A DNA stretch of 64,000 nucleotides from Longimicrobiales bacterium. Its GTDB lineage: Bacteria; Gemmatimonadota; Gemmatimonadetes; Longimicrobiales; Gaopeijiaceae. Position 1 is the stretch's first letter. Each line of letters opens with the position of its first letter. A program made the translations under genes and the position numbers. The notes under the pieces are model-generated. The model saw only the letters and a list, made by a program, of their open reading frames with translations, made no database searches and was not told the DNA's origin. Positions 49,774 through 59,714 of this stretch are shown one piece after another. The stretch covers positions 1,184,001 to 1,248,000 of the forward strand of contig CAXXKM010000001.1 in assembly GCA_963664435.2 (NCBI GenBank), written 5' to 3'.

Positions 49774-49958
49774 CGTGGACCCGCCTCGCTGTTTTCCGCC
49801 CCCGTCTCTGGTGGCGAAGAGATCTGTGGAAACCTATGTTAGCTGTAGGATATTGTCTGCATCTCGGACCTGCGAGATCAGGCCGGTCCGACCGGGTGGC
49901 TTGCGTCGTCCGGGCGGGCCGGGCCGGTTGCGCATGTCCGCGAACCGGAGGTCACGGA

Positions 49959-52385
49959 ATGAATGCAATCTCTGGCGCCACGGCCGTCCTGGGCGTCGTC
50001 CTGCTGGTCGGGGCGAGCGGAAGCGGCTTCTTTCCGGACGCCCCTCCCGTCCCGGCCCCTCCCGCGGGCCACGCGCGCGCCGCCCCCGACCTCCCCCCCG
50101 CCACGCTCACCGATGTCGTGGTCCAGTACTGCCAGGTGTGCCACAACGACGCCCTCCTGACCGGCAACATGACCCTGTCGGGCTTCCAGGTGGAGGCGGC
50201 CGCGGAGAACGCCGAGACCGCCGAGCGCATGATCCGCAAGCTGCGTGCCGGCATGATGCCCCCACCCGGCATGCCCCGCCCCGCCGGCGACACCCTGCTG
50301 GCCCTGGTCCAGACCCTCGAGAGCACCATTGACGATGCCGCGCGCCGCAACCCCAACCCCGGAGGGCGCACCTTCCAGCGCCTCAACCGGGCGGAGTACG
50401 AGCAGTCGGTGAAGGATCTGCTCGGCCTCGACATCGCCGCCGGCGAATACCTGCCCCTGGACACCAAGAGCGCCAACTTCGACAACATCGCCGACGTCCA
50501 GATGCTCTCTCCGACGCTGCTCGAGGCGTACCTCAACGCAGCCAGCGAGATCAGCCGGCTGGCGATCGGCGACCGCGAAGCCAGCCCCCGCGAGGTTGCC
50601 TACAAGGTCGAGAAGCGCGCTTCCCAGCTCGTTCATGTGGAGGGTACCCCCTACGGCTCGCGTGGTGGCATCGCCATCGACCACACCTTCCCGGCCGACG
50701 GGGAATACATCTTCTGGATGCAGTTCCACGGCGTGGGCGGCAGGGCAACCGGAGAGAAGATCGAGGTCTCCTTCGACGGTGAGCGGGTGGCCCTCCTGGA
50801 CGTGAACCTGCGCGGCGGGACGGAGAACGAGCAGCAGGGCCGCGAGATGGTCACCGACCCCATATTCGTGCGCGCCGGTCCCCGCAGCGTGTCCGCGGCG
50901 TTCGTCAGAACATTCGAGGGGCCGGTGGAGGAAGTACGGGCGCCGCTCGGACGCGCCGTCAACAGCGGCTGGCCCGACCTGGCTCTCACGACGGTGCCCC
51001 ACCTGCGCGAGTTCGCGGTACGCGGACCCTTCAGCGTAACCGGCGTATCGGAGACGCCGAGCCGCCAGAAGATCTTCAGCTGCCGGCCGACCGCTCCGGA
51101 AGAAGCGCCCGGATGCGCGCGCAGCATCTTTTTGCGCCTGGCCTCGGAGGCCTATCGGCGTCCCGCCACCGAAAGCGACGTCGCCGACCTGATGGCCTTC
51201 TACGAGATCGGCGCCGAGGAGGGAGGATTCGAGCGCGGCGTCCGCTTCGCTCTTCAGGCCCTTCTGGCGAGCCCGCATTTCGTCTTCCGCTTCGAGGAAC
51301 CGCCCTCGGGCACGCGAGCCGGCGAGGAATACGAACTCGACGGCGCCGCCGTCGCCTCGCGGCTGTCGTTCTTCCTCTGGGGATCTCCTCCGGATGAGGA
51401 ACTGATGGAGGCGGCCCGCCGTGGGAGGCTGGACGACGAAGACGAGCTGGAGCGGCAGGTCCGGCGAATGCTGGCGGATCCGCGCTCCGACGCCCTCTCG
51501 ACCCGCTTCGCGTCGCAGTGGCTGCGGCTGCAGGACCTGGAGAAGGTGTCGCCCGACATCTACACCTTCCCCTACTTCGACATGACGCTGTCGGACGCGA
51601 TGCGGCGGGAGACCGAGCTCTTCTTCCAGAATCTCGTGCAGGAAGATCGCAGCCTGCTCGAGATCCTTACCGCGGACTACACCTTCGTCAACGAGCGGCT
51701 TGCCGCCCATTACGGGATGCCGGATGTCGCGGGCAGCAACTTCCGCCGGGTCGAGTACCCGGACGACCGGCGCAGCGGGCTCCTCGGACAGGGCAGCATC
51801 CTCATGCTTACGTCGATGGCCAACCGCACCTCGCCCGTCCTGCGCGGCAAGTGGGTCATGGAGGTCCTGCTCGACTCGCCTCCGCCCCCGCCTCCACCCG
51901 ATGTTCCGGCACTGGAGGCCACCGAGGGGATCGAGGAGGGCAAGTTCCTGACCACGCGCGAGCGCATGGAGAAGCACCGGGCCAGCCCGGTTTGCCAGGC
52001 CTGCCACCAGTTCATGGATCCCATCGGGCTGGCGCTCGACAACTTCGACGTGACCGGAGAGTGGCGCGTGCGCGAGTACGGGATGCCACTCGACACGCGC
52101 GGCACCTTCTACGACGGAACCACCGTGGCGAGCCCGGGAGACCTGCGCGACGTGCTCCTCAAGCGCCCCATCCCGATCGTGCGCGCCTTCACCAAGAACC
52201 TGATGGCGTACGCGCTCGGGCGCCGCGTGATGCATTACGACCAGCCGACGATCCGCGAAATCACGCGCGAGGCGGAGGCCAGCGACTACCGGATGTCGTC
52301 GTTCATTCTGGGCATTGTCCAGAGCGACGCGTTCTCCATGAAGCGGACGGATGCGCTCCTGACCGAGGAGACATCCTCCAACTGA
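49959..52385 (+). CDS. Cassette 4 gene A: di-haem PSD/DUF1592 protein
   Basis: RBS GGAGGT; signal peptide; CQVCH; CQACH; all PSD motifs present. Confidence 0.9.
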   Translation: MNAISGATAVLGVVLLVGASGSGFFPDAPPVPAPPAGHARAAPDLPPATLTDVVVQYCQVCHNDALLTGNMTLSGFQVEAAAENAETAERMIRKLRAGMMPPPGMPRPAGDTLLALVQTLESTIDDAARRNPNPGGRTFQRLNRAEYEQSVKDLLGLDIAAGEYLPLDTKSANFDNIADVQMLSPTLLEAYLNAASEISRLAIGDREASPREVAYKVEKRASQLVHVEGTPYGSRGGIAIDHTFPADGEYIFWMQFHGVGGRATGEKIEVSFDGERVALLDVNLRGGTENEQQGREMVTDPIFVRAGPRSVSAAFVRTFEGPVEEVRAPLGRAVNSGWPDLALTTVPHLREFAVRGPFSVTGVSETPSRQKIFSCRPTAPEEAPGCARSIFLRLASEAYRRPATESDVADLMAFYEIGAEEGGFERGVRFALQALLASPHFVFRFEEPPSGTRAGEEYELDGAAVASRLSFFLWGSPPDEELMEAARRGRLDDEDELERQVRRMLADPRSDALSTRFASQWLRLQDLEKVSPDIYTFPYFDMTLSDAMRRETELFFQNLVQEDRSLLEILTADYTFVNERLAAHYGMPDVAGSNFRRVEYPDDRRSGLLGQGSILMLTSMANRTSPVLRGKWVMEVLLDSPPPPPPPDVPALEATEGIEEGKFLTTRERMEKHRASPVCQACHQFMDPIGLALDNFDVTGEWRVREYGMPLDTRGTFYDGTTVASPGDLRDVLLKRPIPIVRAFTKNLMAYALGRRVMHYDQPTIREITREAEASDYRMSSFILGIVQSDAFSMKRTDALLTEETSSN

Positions 52386-52419
52386 AGACGGGCGGCAACG
52401 TCCCTGGGAGGCAGACCCC

Positions 52420-53847
52420 ATGAATTTCCTCACCGGCAGACACATCCATCGGCGGACGTTCCTTCGCGGAATGGGCGGATCGCTCGCCCTCCCGCTCTTG
52501 GACGCCATGTTGCCCGCGGGCGCGGGATGGGCCCGGGCCTCGGCCAACCTGGACAAGACCCGCTTCATCGCCGTCGAGATCGTGCACGGCGCCTCGGGAT
52601 GCACGGAGTGGGGCGCGACCCAGAACCTGTGGTCCCCCGCGAAGACGGGGCGCGATTTCGATCTGAGCCCCACGGCCATGAAGTCGCTCGCGCCCTTCCA
52701 GGACCACCTCACCATCGTCAGCAACACGGACGTGCGGATGGCGGACGCCTACACCTCGCCCGAGATCGGCGGGGATCACTTCCGCTCGAGCGCGACCTTC
52801 CTGACGCAGGCGCACGCGAAGCAGACCGAGGGATCGGATGTCTTCGTGGGGACGTCGATGGATCAGCTGTACGCGCAGCGCTTCGGCCAGGAGACGCCGA
52901 TTCCGTCGATGCAGCTGTGCATCGAGAACGTGGACCAGGCGGGCGGATGCGCCTACGGCTACGCCTGCGTGTATACCGACACCCTCAGCTGGGCCTCCCC
53001 CAGCGAGCCGCTGCCGATGATCCGCGACCCGCGGGTCGCCTTCGACATGCTCTTCGGAGCCGGAGGAACGCCCGAAGCGCGCGCCGAGCGCCGTCGGGCC
53101 AACCGCAGCATCCTGGACTGGATCGCGGGCGAGGTGGCCGAGCTGAAGATGGTGCTGGGCGGCGAGGACCAGGTCCGGCTGGAGCAGTACCTGGACAACG
53201 TGCGGGAGCTCGAACGCCGCATTCAGATGATCGAGGAGCAGAACGCGAGCGGCGAGGAGCGGGCCCTTCCGGAAGCCCCGGCAGGCGTCCCCGACTCCTT
53301 CACCGAACATCTGCAGCTCATGTTCGACCTGCAGGTGCTGGCCTTCCAGACCGACATGACCCGGGTCTTCACGCTCAAGCTCTCGCGCGACGCAACCAAC
53401 CGGGTGTATCCGGAGAGCGGGCTGGACCTGCCCTTCCACCCGACGTCGCACCACGGGAACAACCGTGAGGAGATCCTCAAGTTCCAGCAGTTCAACGAGT
53501 TCTTCACCGGACAGATGCTCTATCTGCTGGAGAAGATGGACGAGTCGATGGACGGGGACGCGAGCCTGCTCGACCGCAGCATGGTGCTGTACGGGTCACC
53601 TATGGGCGACCCCAACGTCCACAACCACCGGCGGGTGCCCATGTTCCTCGCCGGCAAGGCCAACGGCCAGCTGGAGGGCAACCTGCACCTGCACGCCCCG
53701 GACGACACGCCCATGGCCAACGTGATGCTCACCATGCTGCACAAGCTGGGGCTCGACGACATGGAGGACTTCGGCGACAGCACCGGCGAATTCGCGCTTA
53801 CGCTGCCCGCGGCGGCAACCGCCGACGCCAGCAGCTCGAGCCGATAG
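52420..53847 (+). CDS. Cassette 4 gene B: Tat-exported DUF1552 protein
   Basis: RRTFLRG; CAYGYACVY; HPTSHH; GSPMGDPNVHNH. Confidence 0.9.
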   Translation: MNFLTGRHIHRRTFLRGMGGSLALPLLDAMLPAGAGWARASANLDKTRFIAVEIVHGASGCTEWGATQNLWSPAKTGRDFDLSPTAMKSLAPFQDHLTIVSNTDVRMADAYTSPEIGGDHFRSSATFLTQAHAKQTEGSDVFVGTSMDQLYAQRFGQETPIPSMQLCIENVDQAGGCAYGYACVYTDTLSWASPSEPLPMIRDPRVAFDMLFGAGGTPEARAERRRANRSILDWIAGEVAELKMVLGGEDQVRLEQYLDNVRELERRIQMIEEQNASGEERALPEAPAGVPDSFTEHLQLMFDLQVLAFQTDMTRVFTLKLSRDATNRVYPESGLDLPFHPTSHHGNNREEILKFQQFNEFFTGQMLYLLEKMDESMDGDASLLDRSMVLYGSPMGDPNVHNHRRVPMFLAGKANGQLEGNLHLHAPDDTPMANVMLTMLHKLGLDDMEDFGDSTGEFALTLPAAATADASSSSR

Positions 53848-53907
53848 GCGGGTCCGGGGCGACGGATGTCACGACTTCATGGATGTGCCGCGCACACTGG
53901 AGAAACG

Positions 53908-55680
53908 ATGAGAAAGATGTTGCGTGAGAAGAGGCGGAAAGCCGGAACCGGGAGAATCGGCGACGGAAGGCCGGGGACACTTGTGGCCGCCCTGGTCCTG
54001 ACCCTGCTGGTCTCGGCGGCGACGCCGCCCGAGTCACCGGTCGCGGACGCGGCCATGCGCGGCGATCAGGGGTCGGTGCGCGCGCTCCTTCAGCAGGGAG
54101 CCGACGTAAACGCCGCCCAGGGCGACGGCATGACCGCGCTCCACTGGGCGGCCGAACGCGGCGACCTCGAGATGGCGCGGATGCTCATCTACGCCGGGGC
54201 CGGTCTGGAAGCGGTCACGCGCATGGCGGAGTACACGCCCCTGCACCTCGCCAGCCGGGCCGGACACGGGGCGGTGGTGGGCGCGCTGCTCGAGGCGGGA
54301 AGCGACCCTGCGGCGCCCACCGGCAGCGGTGGAGCCACCCCCCTGCACCTGGCGGCCGCGGCGGGTGATGCGCGGGCGGTCGCCGTGCTCATCGAACACG
54401 GGGCCGACGTGAACGCCCGCGAGGAGAGGGCCGGGCAGACGCCGCTCATCTTTGCCGCGGCGCAGAACCGGGTGGAGGCGATCCAGGCGTTGCTCGCGGG
54501 CGGCGCCGACCCATCGCTCATCACCACGGTGGTGGACATGGTCGAGTTGGAGGAGTCGCTCCGCGGCGGCGCCGACGACGCCGTGCGCCAGCAGATCGCG
54601 GCTCAGATCGCCGCCAGGGACGCGCAGAAAGAGGAGGAGAAGGAGGAGGAGGGCGAAGAGGAAGAGAAACCGCCAGAGGCCCCAAAGCCCCTCTCCATGG
54701 GGCAGCAGGTGGGACACATGGGCGGGATGACCGCGCTACTGCACGCCGCGCGCCAGGGTCACAGCCAGGCCGTCGAGGCGCTTCTCGACGCCGGCACCGG
54801 CATCGACCAGGCCAGCGCCGACGGAACCACGCCGATCTTCATCGCTGCCCTGAACGGCCACTTCGACCTGGTGCTGGCGCTGCTCGAGCGCGGCGCCGAC
54901 CCGACCCGGGCCAACGATGCCGACGGCACGCCGCTCTTCGCCACCATCAACCAGCAGTGGATCCCCAAGACCGGGTACGCCCAGCCCAACGTCCACCTCC
55001 AGCAGAACGCCACCCACCTGGAGGTCATGGAGGCGCTCCTGAAGGCGGGAGCCGACCCCAACGTGCGCCTCTCCAAGCGCCTCTGGTTCACCCAGTACGG
55101 CGGAAACATCCTGAGCGTCAACATGGTGGGAGCCACGCCCTTCTGGCGCGCCTCCTACGCGGCCGACATCGAGGCGATGCGACTTCTGGTGGCATACGGC
55201 GCCGACCACCGCATCCCGACGCAGAGGCCGCCTCCGCGCCGCCGCATTGCCTGGGACGAGGACCCGGGCGCGGACAAGTCCGGCGTTCCCGCGGTTCCGG
55301 TCGGAGGGCCCGGCGTCTATCCCATCCACGCCGCGTCCGGCGTCGGCTACGGACAGGGCTTCGCCGCCAACGCCCACCGCCACGCGCCCGACGGCTGGAT
55401 GCCGGCGATGCGCTATCTTGTGGATGAGTTGGGAGCGGACGTCAACGTGCGCGACCACGACGCCTACAACGCGCTCCACCACGCCGCCTCCCGCGGAGAC
55501 ACCGGGATGATCCGGTTTCTGGTGGAGCGCGGCGCAGACGTGATGGCCATCAGCCGCATCGGCCAGACGACCGCGGACATGGCCAATGGGCCCTACCAGC
55601 GCACCACGCCCTACCCGGATGCGATCGCGCTGCTGGAGTCGTTCGGTTCCCTGAACAACAACAACTGCCAGTCCTGCTGA
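53908..55680 (+). CDS. Cassette 4 gene C: secreted ankyrin-repeat protein
   Basis: GGAG RBS; hydrophobic signal; ankyrin repeats; KEEEKEEEGEEEE tract; ends NNNNCQSC*. Confidence 0.88.
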   Translation: MRKMLREKRRKAGTGRIGDGRPGTLVAALVLTLLVSAATPPESPVADAAMRGDQGSVRALLQQGADVNAAQGDGMTALHWAAERGDLEMARMLIYAGAGLEAVTRMAEYTPLHLASRAGHGAVVGALLEAGSDPAAPTGSGGATPLHLAAAAGDARAVAVLIEHGADVNAREERAGQTPLIFAAAQNRVEAIQALLAGGADPSLITTVVDMVELEESLRGGADDAVRQQIAAQIAARDAQKEEEKEEEGEEEEKPPEAPKPLSMGQQVGHMGGMTALLHAARQGHSQAVEALLDAGTGIDQASADGTTPIFIAALNGHFDLVLALLERGADPTRANDADGTPLFATINQQWIPKTGYAQPNVHLQQNATHLEVMEALLKAGADPNVRLSKRLWFTQYGGNILSVNMVGATPFWRASYAADIEAMRLLVAYGADHRIPTQRPPPRRRIAWDEDPGADKSGVPAVPVGGPGVYPIHAASGVGYGQGFAANAHRHAPDGWMPAMRYLVDELGADVNVRDHDAYNALHHAASRGDTGMIRFLVERGADVMAISRIGQTTADMANGPYQRTTPYPDAIALLESFGSLNNNNCQSC

Positions 55681-55711
55681 AGACGCAGCGGCATCCAACG
55701 GGCGGAGCACG

Positions 55712-58201
55712 GTGAAGAACGTCACGACTGTCGGACTGCTGGGCCTGATATCGGTTGCACTGGGAGCCTTTGGGGATCTCGATGCCGGCAGGGAGGTCGG
55801 GGTGTCCCCGGGCTGGGGAATGGCGGAGGAAGCCGGGCGCGCGGCGGGCACGGACATCGTCCACACCTCCATCGCGCCCGAGACGCTCACCGGCGTGGTG
55901 CAGCGTTACTGCCAGGTGTGCCACAACGACGCACTCCTGACCGGCAACCTTTCGCTTGCCGGGTTCGACGTGGAGCAGGCGCCGTCGCGCCCCGAGACCG
56001 CGGAGAAGATGATCCTCAAACTGCGTGCCGGGATGATGCCGCCCCCCGGGATGCCCCGGCCCGCGGGCGACACCCTGGTGGCGCTGGTGGAGGAACTGGA
56101 GGCGAGGATGGACGCCGCCGCGCGCGCGGCCCCCAACCCCGGCGGGCGCACCTTCCAGCGGCTCAACCAGGCCGAGTACGCAAGGTCGGTCGAGGACCTT
56201 CTGGACCTGCGCATCGACGCCGGCGACTACCTGCCGCCCGACACCAAGAGCGCGAACTTCGACAACATCTCCGAGGCGCAGCTGCTCTCGCCCACGCTCC
56301 TCGACGCCTACATGAACGCGGCCAACCAGATCAGCCGCCTGGCCATCGGCAACCCCGGCGCCCAGCCCGCCGAGCGGACGTACACGGTTTCCGGCTACGT
56401 CTCCCAGCGGGAGCGGGTCGAGGGGGCGCCCTACGGCACGCGCGGCGGCGTGAGCGTGGTGCACCACTTCCCCGCGGACGGCACCTACCAGTTCCGCATC
56501 GTCTTCGAGCACACCACCACGGGCGAGGGCTTCTTCGGCCAGATCGCCCGCTTCGAGCAGCTCGAGGTCTCGATCAACGGCGAGCGCGTGGCGCTGCTGG
56601 ACGTGGACCAGTGGATGCACATTTCCGATCCGGAGGGCATCTCCATGCGCACGGATCCGGTCTTCGTGCGCGCCGGGCCCCAGCGGGTGACCGCGGCCTT
56701 CGTCAAGCGTACCGAAGGGCCGGTGGAAGACCTGATGTCGCCCCACGAGTGGTCGCTCGCGGACCGGCACACCGGTATCAGCGGCTACGGCCTGACGCTG
56801 CTTCCGCACCTTCGGGATCTGGTGATCGGCGGGCCCTACGAGGCTGCCGGCATCTCGGAGACCCCGAGCCGCCAGCGCATCTTCACCTGCCGTCCTGAAT
56901 CGGCGGAAGAGAGCGAGAGCTGCGCGCGCGGCATCCTCGCCCGGCTGGCAGGCAAGGCGTACCGCAGGCCGCTGCTCGAGCGCGACATCGCGCCGCTCAT
57001 GGCCTTCTACCGCACCGGCGAGGAGGAGGGTGGCTTCGAGGCGGGCATCGGGACCGCGCTGCAGGCGATCCTGGCAAGCCCGCACTTCGTGTTCCGCATG
57101 GAGGAGGCGCCGGCCGGCATCCAACCCGGAGAGACGTTCCGAATCGGGGATGTGGACCTGGCTTCGCGGCTGTCCTTCTTCCTGTGGGGAACGCCTCCGG
57201 ACGGTGAGTTGATGGCGCTGGCACAGGAAGGCGCCCTTACCGGGGACGACGTCCTGGAAACGCAGGTGCGGCGCATGCTGGCCGATCCGCGCGCGGCTTC
57301 GCTGGGACCCAGGTTCGCGGCCCAGTGGTTGCGCCTGCAGGACCTGGAGCTGGTTCATCCGGACCAGTTCTGGTTCCCGGACTACGACCAGCAGCTCGCC
57401 GACGCCATGCTGCGCGAAACGGAGCTGTTCTTCAACCATCTGGTGGAGGAGGACCGGAGCGTCCTCGATCTGTACGACGCCGACTACACCTTCGTCAACG
57501 AACGTCTTGCGCGTCACTATGGCATTCCGGGGGTGCTGGGCAACCAGTTCCGGGAGGTGACCTATCCGGGTCTCGAGCGGCGGGGCGTACTGGGCCACGG
57601 CAGCATCCTCACCTTGACCTCGGTGGCGAACCGGACATCGCCGGTGCTGCGCGGCAAGTGGGTGATGGAGGTGCTGCTGGGAACGCCTCCGCCCCCTCCG
57701 CCTCCGGGGATTCCGGACCTGGAAGAGACCGAGGACTCGGAGGGCGGACGCATGCTCACCACGCGCGAGCGCATGGAGAAGCACCGGGCCAATCCGGTAT
57801 GCAACGCGTGCCACCAGTTCATGGACCCGATCGGGCTGGCGCTCGACAACTACGACGTGACCGGCAAGTGGCGCATTCGCGAGAACGGCATGCCGCTCGA
57901 CACGAGGGGCACCTTCTACGACGGCAGCACGGTCGCGAGCCCGGACGACCTGCGGGAAGCACTCCTGCGGCGTCCGGAGCCGCTCATCCGCACGTTCACC
58001 GCGAACCTGATGACGTACGCGCTGGGCCGCAGGACGGAGTACTACGATCAGCCCGCCATCCGCGCCATCGTGGCGCAGGCGGCGGAAGACGACTACAGGA
58101 TGTCGTCCTTCATCACCGGCGTGGTGAAGAGCGACGCCTTCAGAGCCAAGAGGGTACCCGAGGCGCTGGCGGAGAGCGCCCCGCAGCCGCCGGACCGGTA
58201 G
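55712..58201 (+). CDS. Cassette 5 gene A: di-haem PSD/DUF1592 protein
   Basis: GGAG plus GTG, 31 nt after cassette 4; CQVCH; CNACH. Confidence 0.9.
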   Translation: MKNVTTVGLLGLISVALGAFGDLDAGREVGVSPGWGMAEEAGRAAGTDIVHTSIAPETLTGVVQRYCQVCHNDALLTGNLSLAGFDVEQAPSRPETAEKMILKLRAGMMPPPGMPRPAGDTLVALVEELEARMDAAARAAPNPGGRTFQRLNQAEYARSVEDLLDLRIDAGDYLPPDTKSANFDNISEAQLLSPTLLDAYMNAANQISRLAIGNPGAQPAERTYTVSGYVSQRERVEGAPYGTRGGVSVVHHFPADGTYQFRIVFEHTTTGEGFFGQIARFEQLEVSINGERVALLDVDQWMHISDPEGISMRTDPVFVRAGPQRVTAAFVKRTEGPVEDLMSPHEWSLADRHTGISGYGLTLLPHLRDLVIGGPYEAAGISETPSRQRIFTCRPESAEESESCARGILARLAGKAYRRPLLERDIAPLMAFYRTGEEEGGFEAGIGTALQAILASPHFVFRMEEAPAGIQPGETFRIGDVDLASRLSFFLWGTPPDGELMALAQEGALTGDDVLETQVRRMLADPRAASLGPRFAAQWLRLQDLELVHPDQFWFPDYDQQLADAMLRETELFFNHLVEEDRSVLDLYDADYTFVNERLARHYGIPGVLGNQFREVTYPGLERRGVLGHGSILTLTSVANRTSPVLRGKWVMEVLLGTPPPPPPPGIPDLEETEDSEGGRMLTTRERMEKHRANPVCNACHQFMDPIGLALDNYDVTGKWRIRENGMPLDTRGTFYDGSTVASPDDLREALLRRPEPLIRTFTANLMTYALGRRTEYYDQPAIRAIVAQAAEDDYRMSSFITGVVKSDAFRAKRVPEALAESAPQPPDR

Positions 58202-58280
58202 GCGCGCCGGCCACCGGAGGCGAAGACGCGTCCGGCCGCCCCGCCCGCCAGCGGCGACGAACCATCCGAGGAGAGTGGAG

Positions 58281-59714
58281 ATGCACTTCATCACCGGGAC
58301 ACACATCCCCCGCCGTACCTTCCTGCGCGGCGCCGGCGCGACCGTCGCCCTGCCCTTCCTGGATGCCATGATCCCCGCGGGGGGCGTCTGGTCACGGCGC
58401 GCGGCGGCCGAGCCCGCCACCCGCCTGGTGGCCATCGAGATGGTGCACGGAGCCGCGGGCTGCAACGAGTGGGGCGCCACCCAGTACCTGTGGTCTCCCG
58501 AGGCGACCGGCCGCAACTTCGACCTCTCCTCCAGTTCGCTTCTTCCACTCGAGCCCTACCGCGACCGTCTCACCATCATCAGCAATACCGACGTGCGGAT
58601 GGCCGAGGCGAGAATGCCCCACGAGATCGGCGGCGACCACTTCCGCTCGAGCGCCGTCTTCCTCACACAGGCCCATCCCAGGCAGACGCGGGGCTCGGAC
58701 GTGTTCGCCGGCACCTCCATGGACCAGGTGCACGCGCAGCGCTTCGGGCAGGATACGCCGATCCCTTCGATGCAGCTCTGCATCGAGAACGTGGACCAGT
58801 CGGGAGGCTGCGCGTACGGCTACTCGTGCGTCTATACCGACACCATCAGCTGGGCCTCGTCGACCGAGCCGCTCCCCATGATCCGCGACCCGCGGGTGGC
58901 GTTCGAGATGCTCTTCGGCGCCGGAGGCACGCCGGAGGAGCGCGCCGCGCGCAGGCGCACGGACGGGAGCATCCTCGACTGGATCGCCGGCGAGGTCGCG
59001 TATCTCAGACGAGCGCTGGCACAGGACGACCAGCAGCGCCTCGACCGCTACCTGGAGAACGTCCGCGAGCTGGAGCGGAGAATCGAGGGAATCGAGAACC
59101 GCAACACCAGCGGGGAGGCGCGCGAGCTGCCGGAAGCGCCGGCCGGAGTCCCGGACTCCTTCACCGAGCACATGCAGCTCATGTTCGACATCCAGGTTCT
59201 GGCCTTCGCGTCGGACGTCACGCGCGTATTCTCGTTCAAGACGGGAAGGGACGCGTCGTCGCGGGTCTATACCGAGAGCGGCATCGACAAGGCCTTCCAC
59301 CCGGCCTCGCATCACGGAGGCAACGAGGAGGCGATTCTGGACTTCGCCCGCATCAACACCTTCCAGGCGGGGCAGCTCCCGTATCTCCTCAGGAAGCTGG
59401 ATGAGACGATGGAGGGCGACGCCAGCCTGCTCGACAAGACGATGATCGTATACGGCTCGCCGATGGCGGACGGGAACCTGCACAACCATCGCCGCTGTCC
59501 GCTCATCGTGCTGGGCGGCGCGAACGGGCGCCATGAAGGCGGGCTGCACCTGAAGGCTCCCGACGGCACCCCCATGGCCAACGTGATGTTGAGCATGTTG
59601 CACGCCCTGGGGCACGACGACAGGGACAGCTTCGGCGACAGCACGGGCGAGTTCCGGTTGAGCCCGCCGGCGGTCGCCGTCGAGGCTTCGAGCCCCTCCG
59701 GCGGAGGCCGGTAA
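58281..59714 (+). CDS. Cassette 5 gene B: Tat-exported DUF1552 protein
   Basis: RRTFLRG; CAYGYSCVY; HPASHH; GSPMADGNLHNHRRCP. Confidence 0.9.
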   Translation: MHFITGTHIPRRTFLRGAGATVALPFLDAMIPAGGVWSRRAAAEPATRLVAIEMVHGAAGCNEWGATQYLWSPEATGRNFDLSSSSLLPLEPYRDRLTIISNTDVRMAEARMPHEIGGDHFRSSAVFLTQAHPRQTRGSDVFAGTSMDQVHAQRFGQDTPIPSMQLCIENVDQSGGCAYGYSCVYTDTISWASSTEPLPMIRDPRVAFEMLFGAGGTPEERAARRRTDGSILDWIAGEVAYLRRALAQDDQQRLDRYLENVRELERRIEGIENRNTSGEARELPEAPAGVPDSFTEHMQLMFDIQVLAFASDVTRVFSFKTGRDASSRVYTESGIDKAFHPASHHGGNEEAILDFARINTFQAGQLPYLLRKLDETMEGDASLLDKTMIVYGSPMADGNLHNHRRCPLIVLGGANGRHEGGLHLKAPDGTPMANVMLSMLHALGHDDRDSFGDSTGEFRLSPPAVAVEASSPSGGGR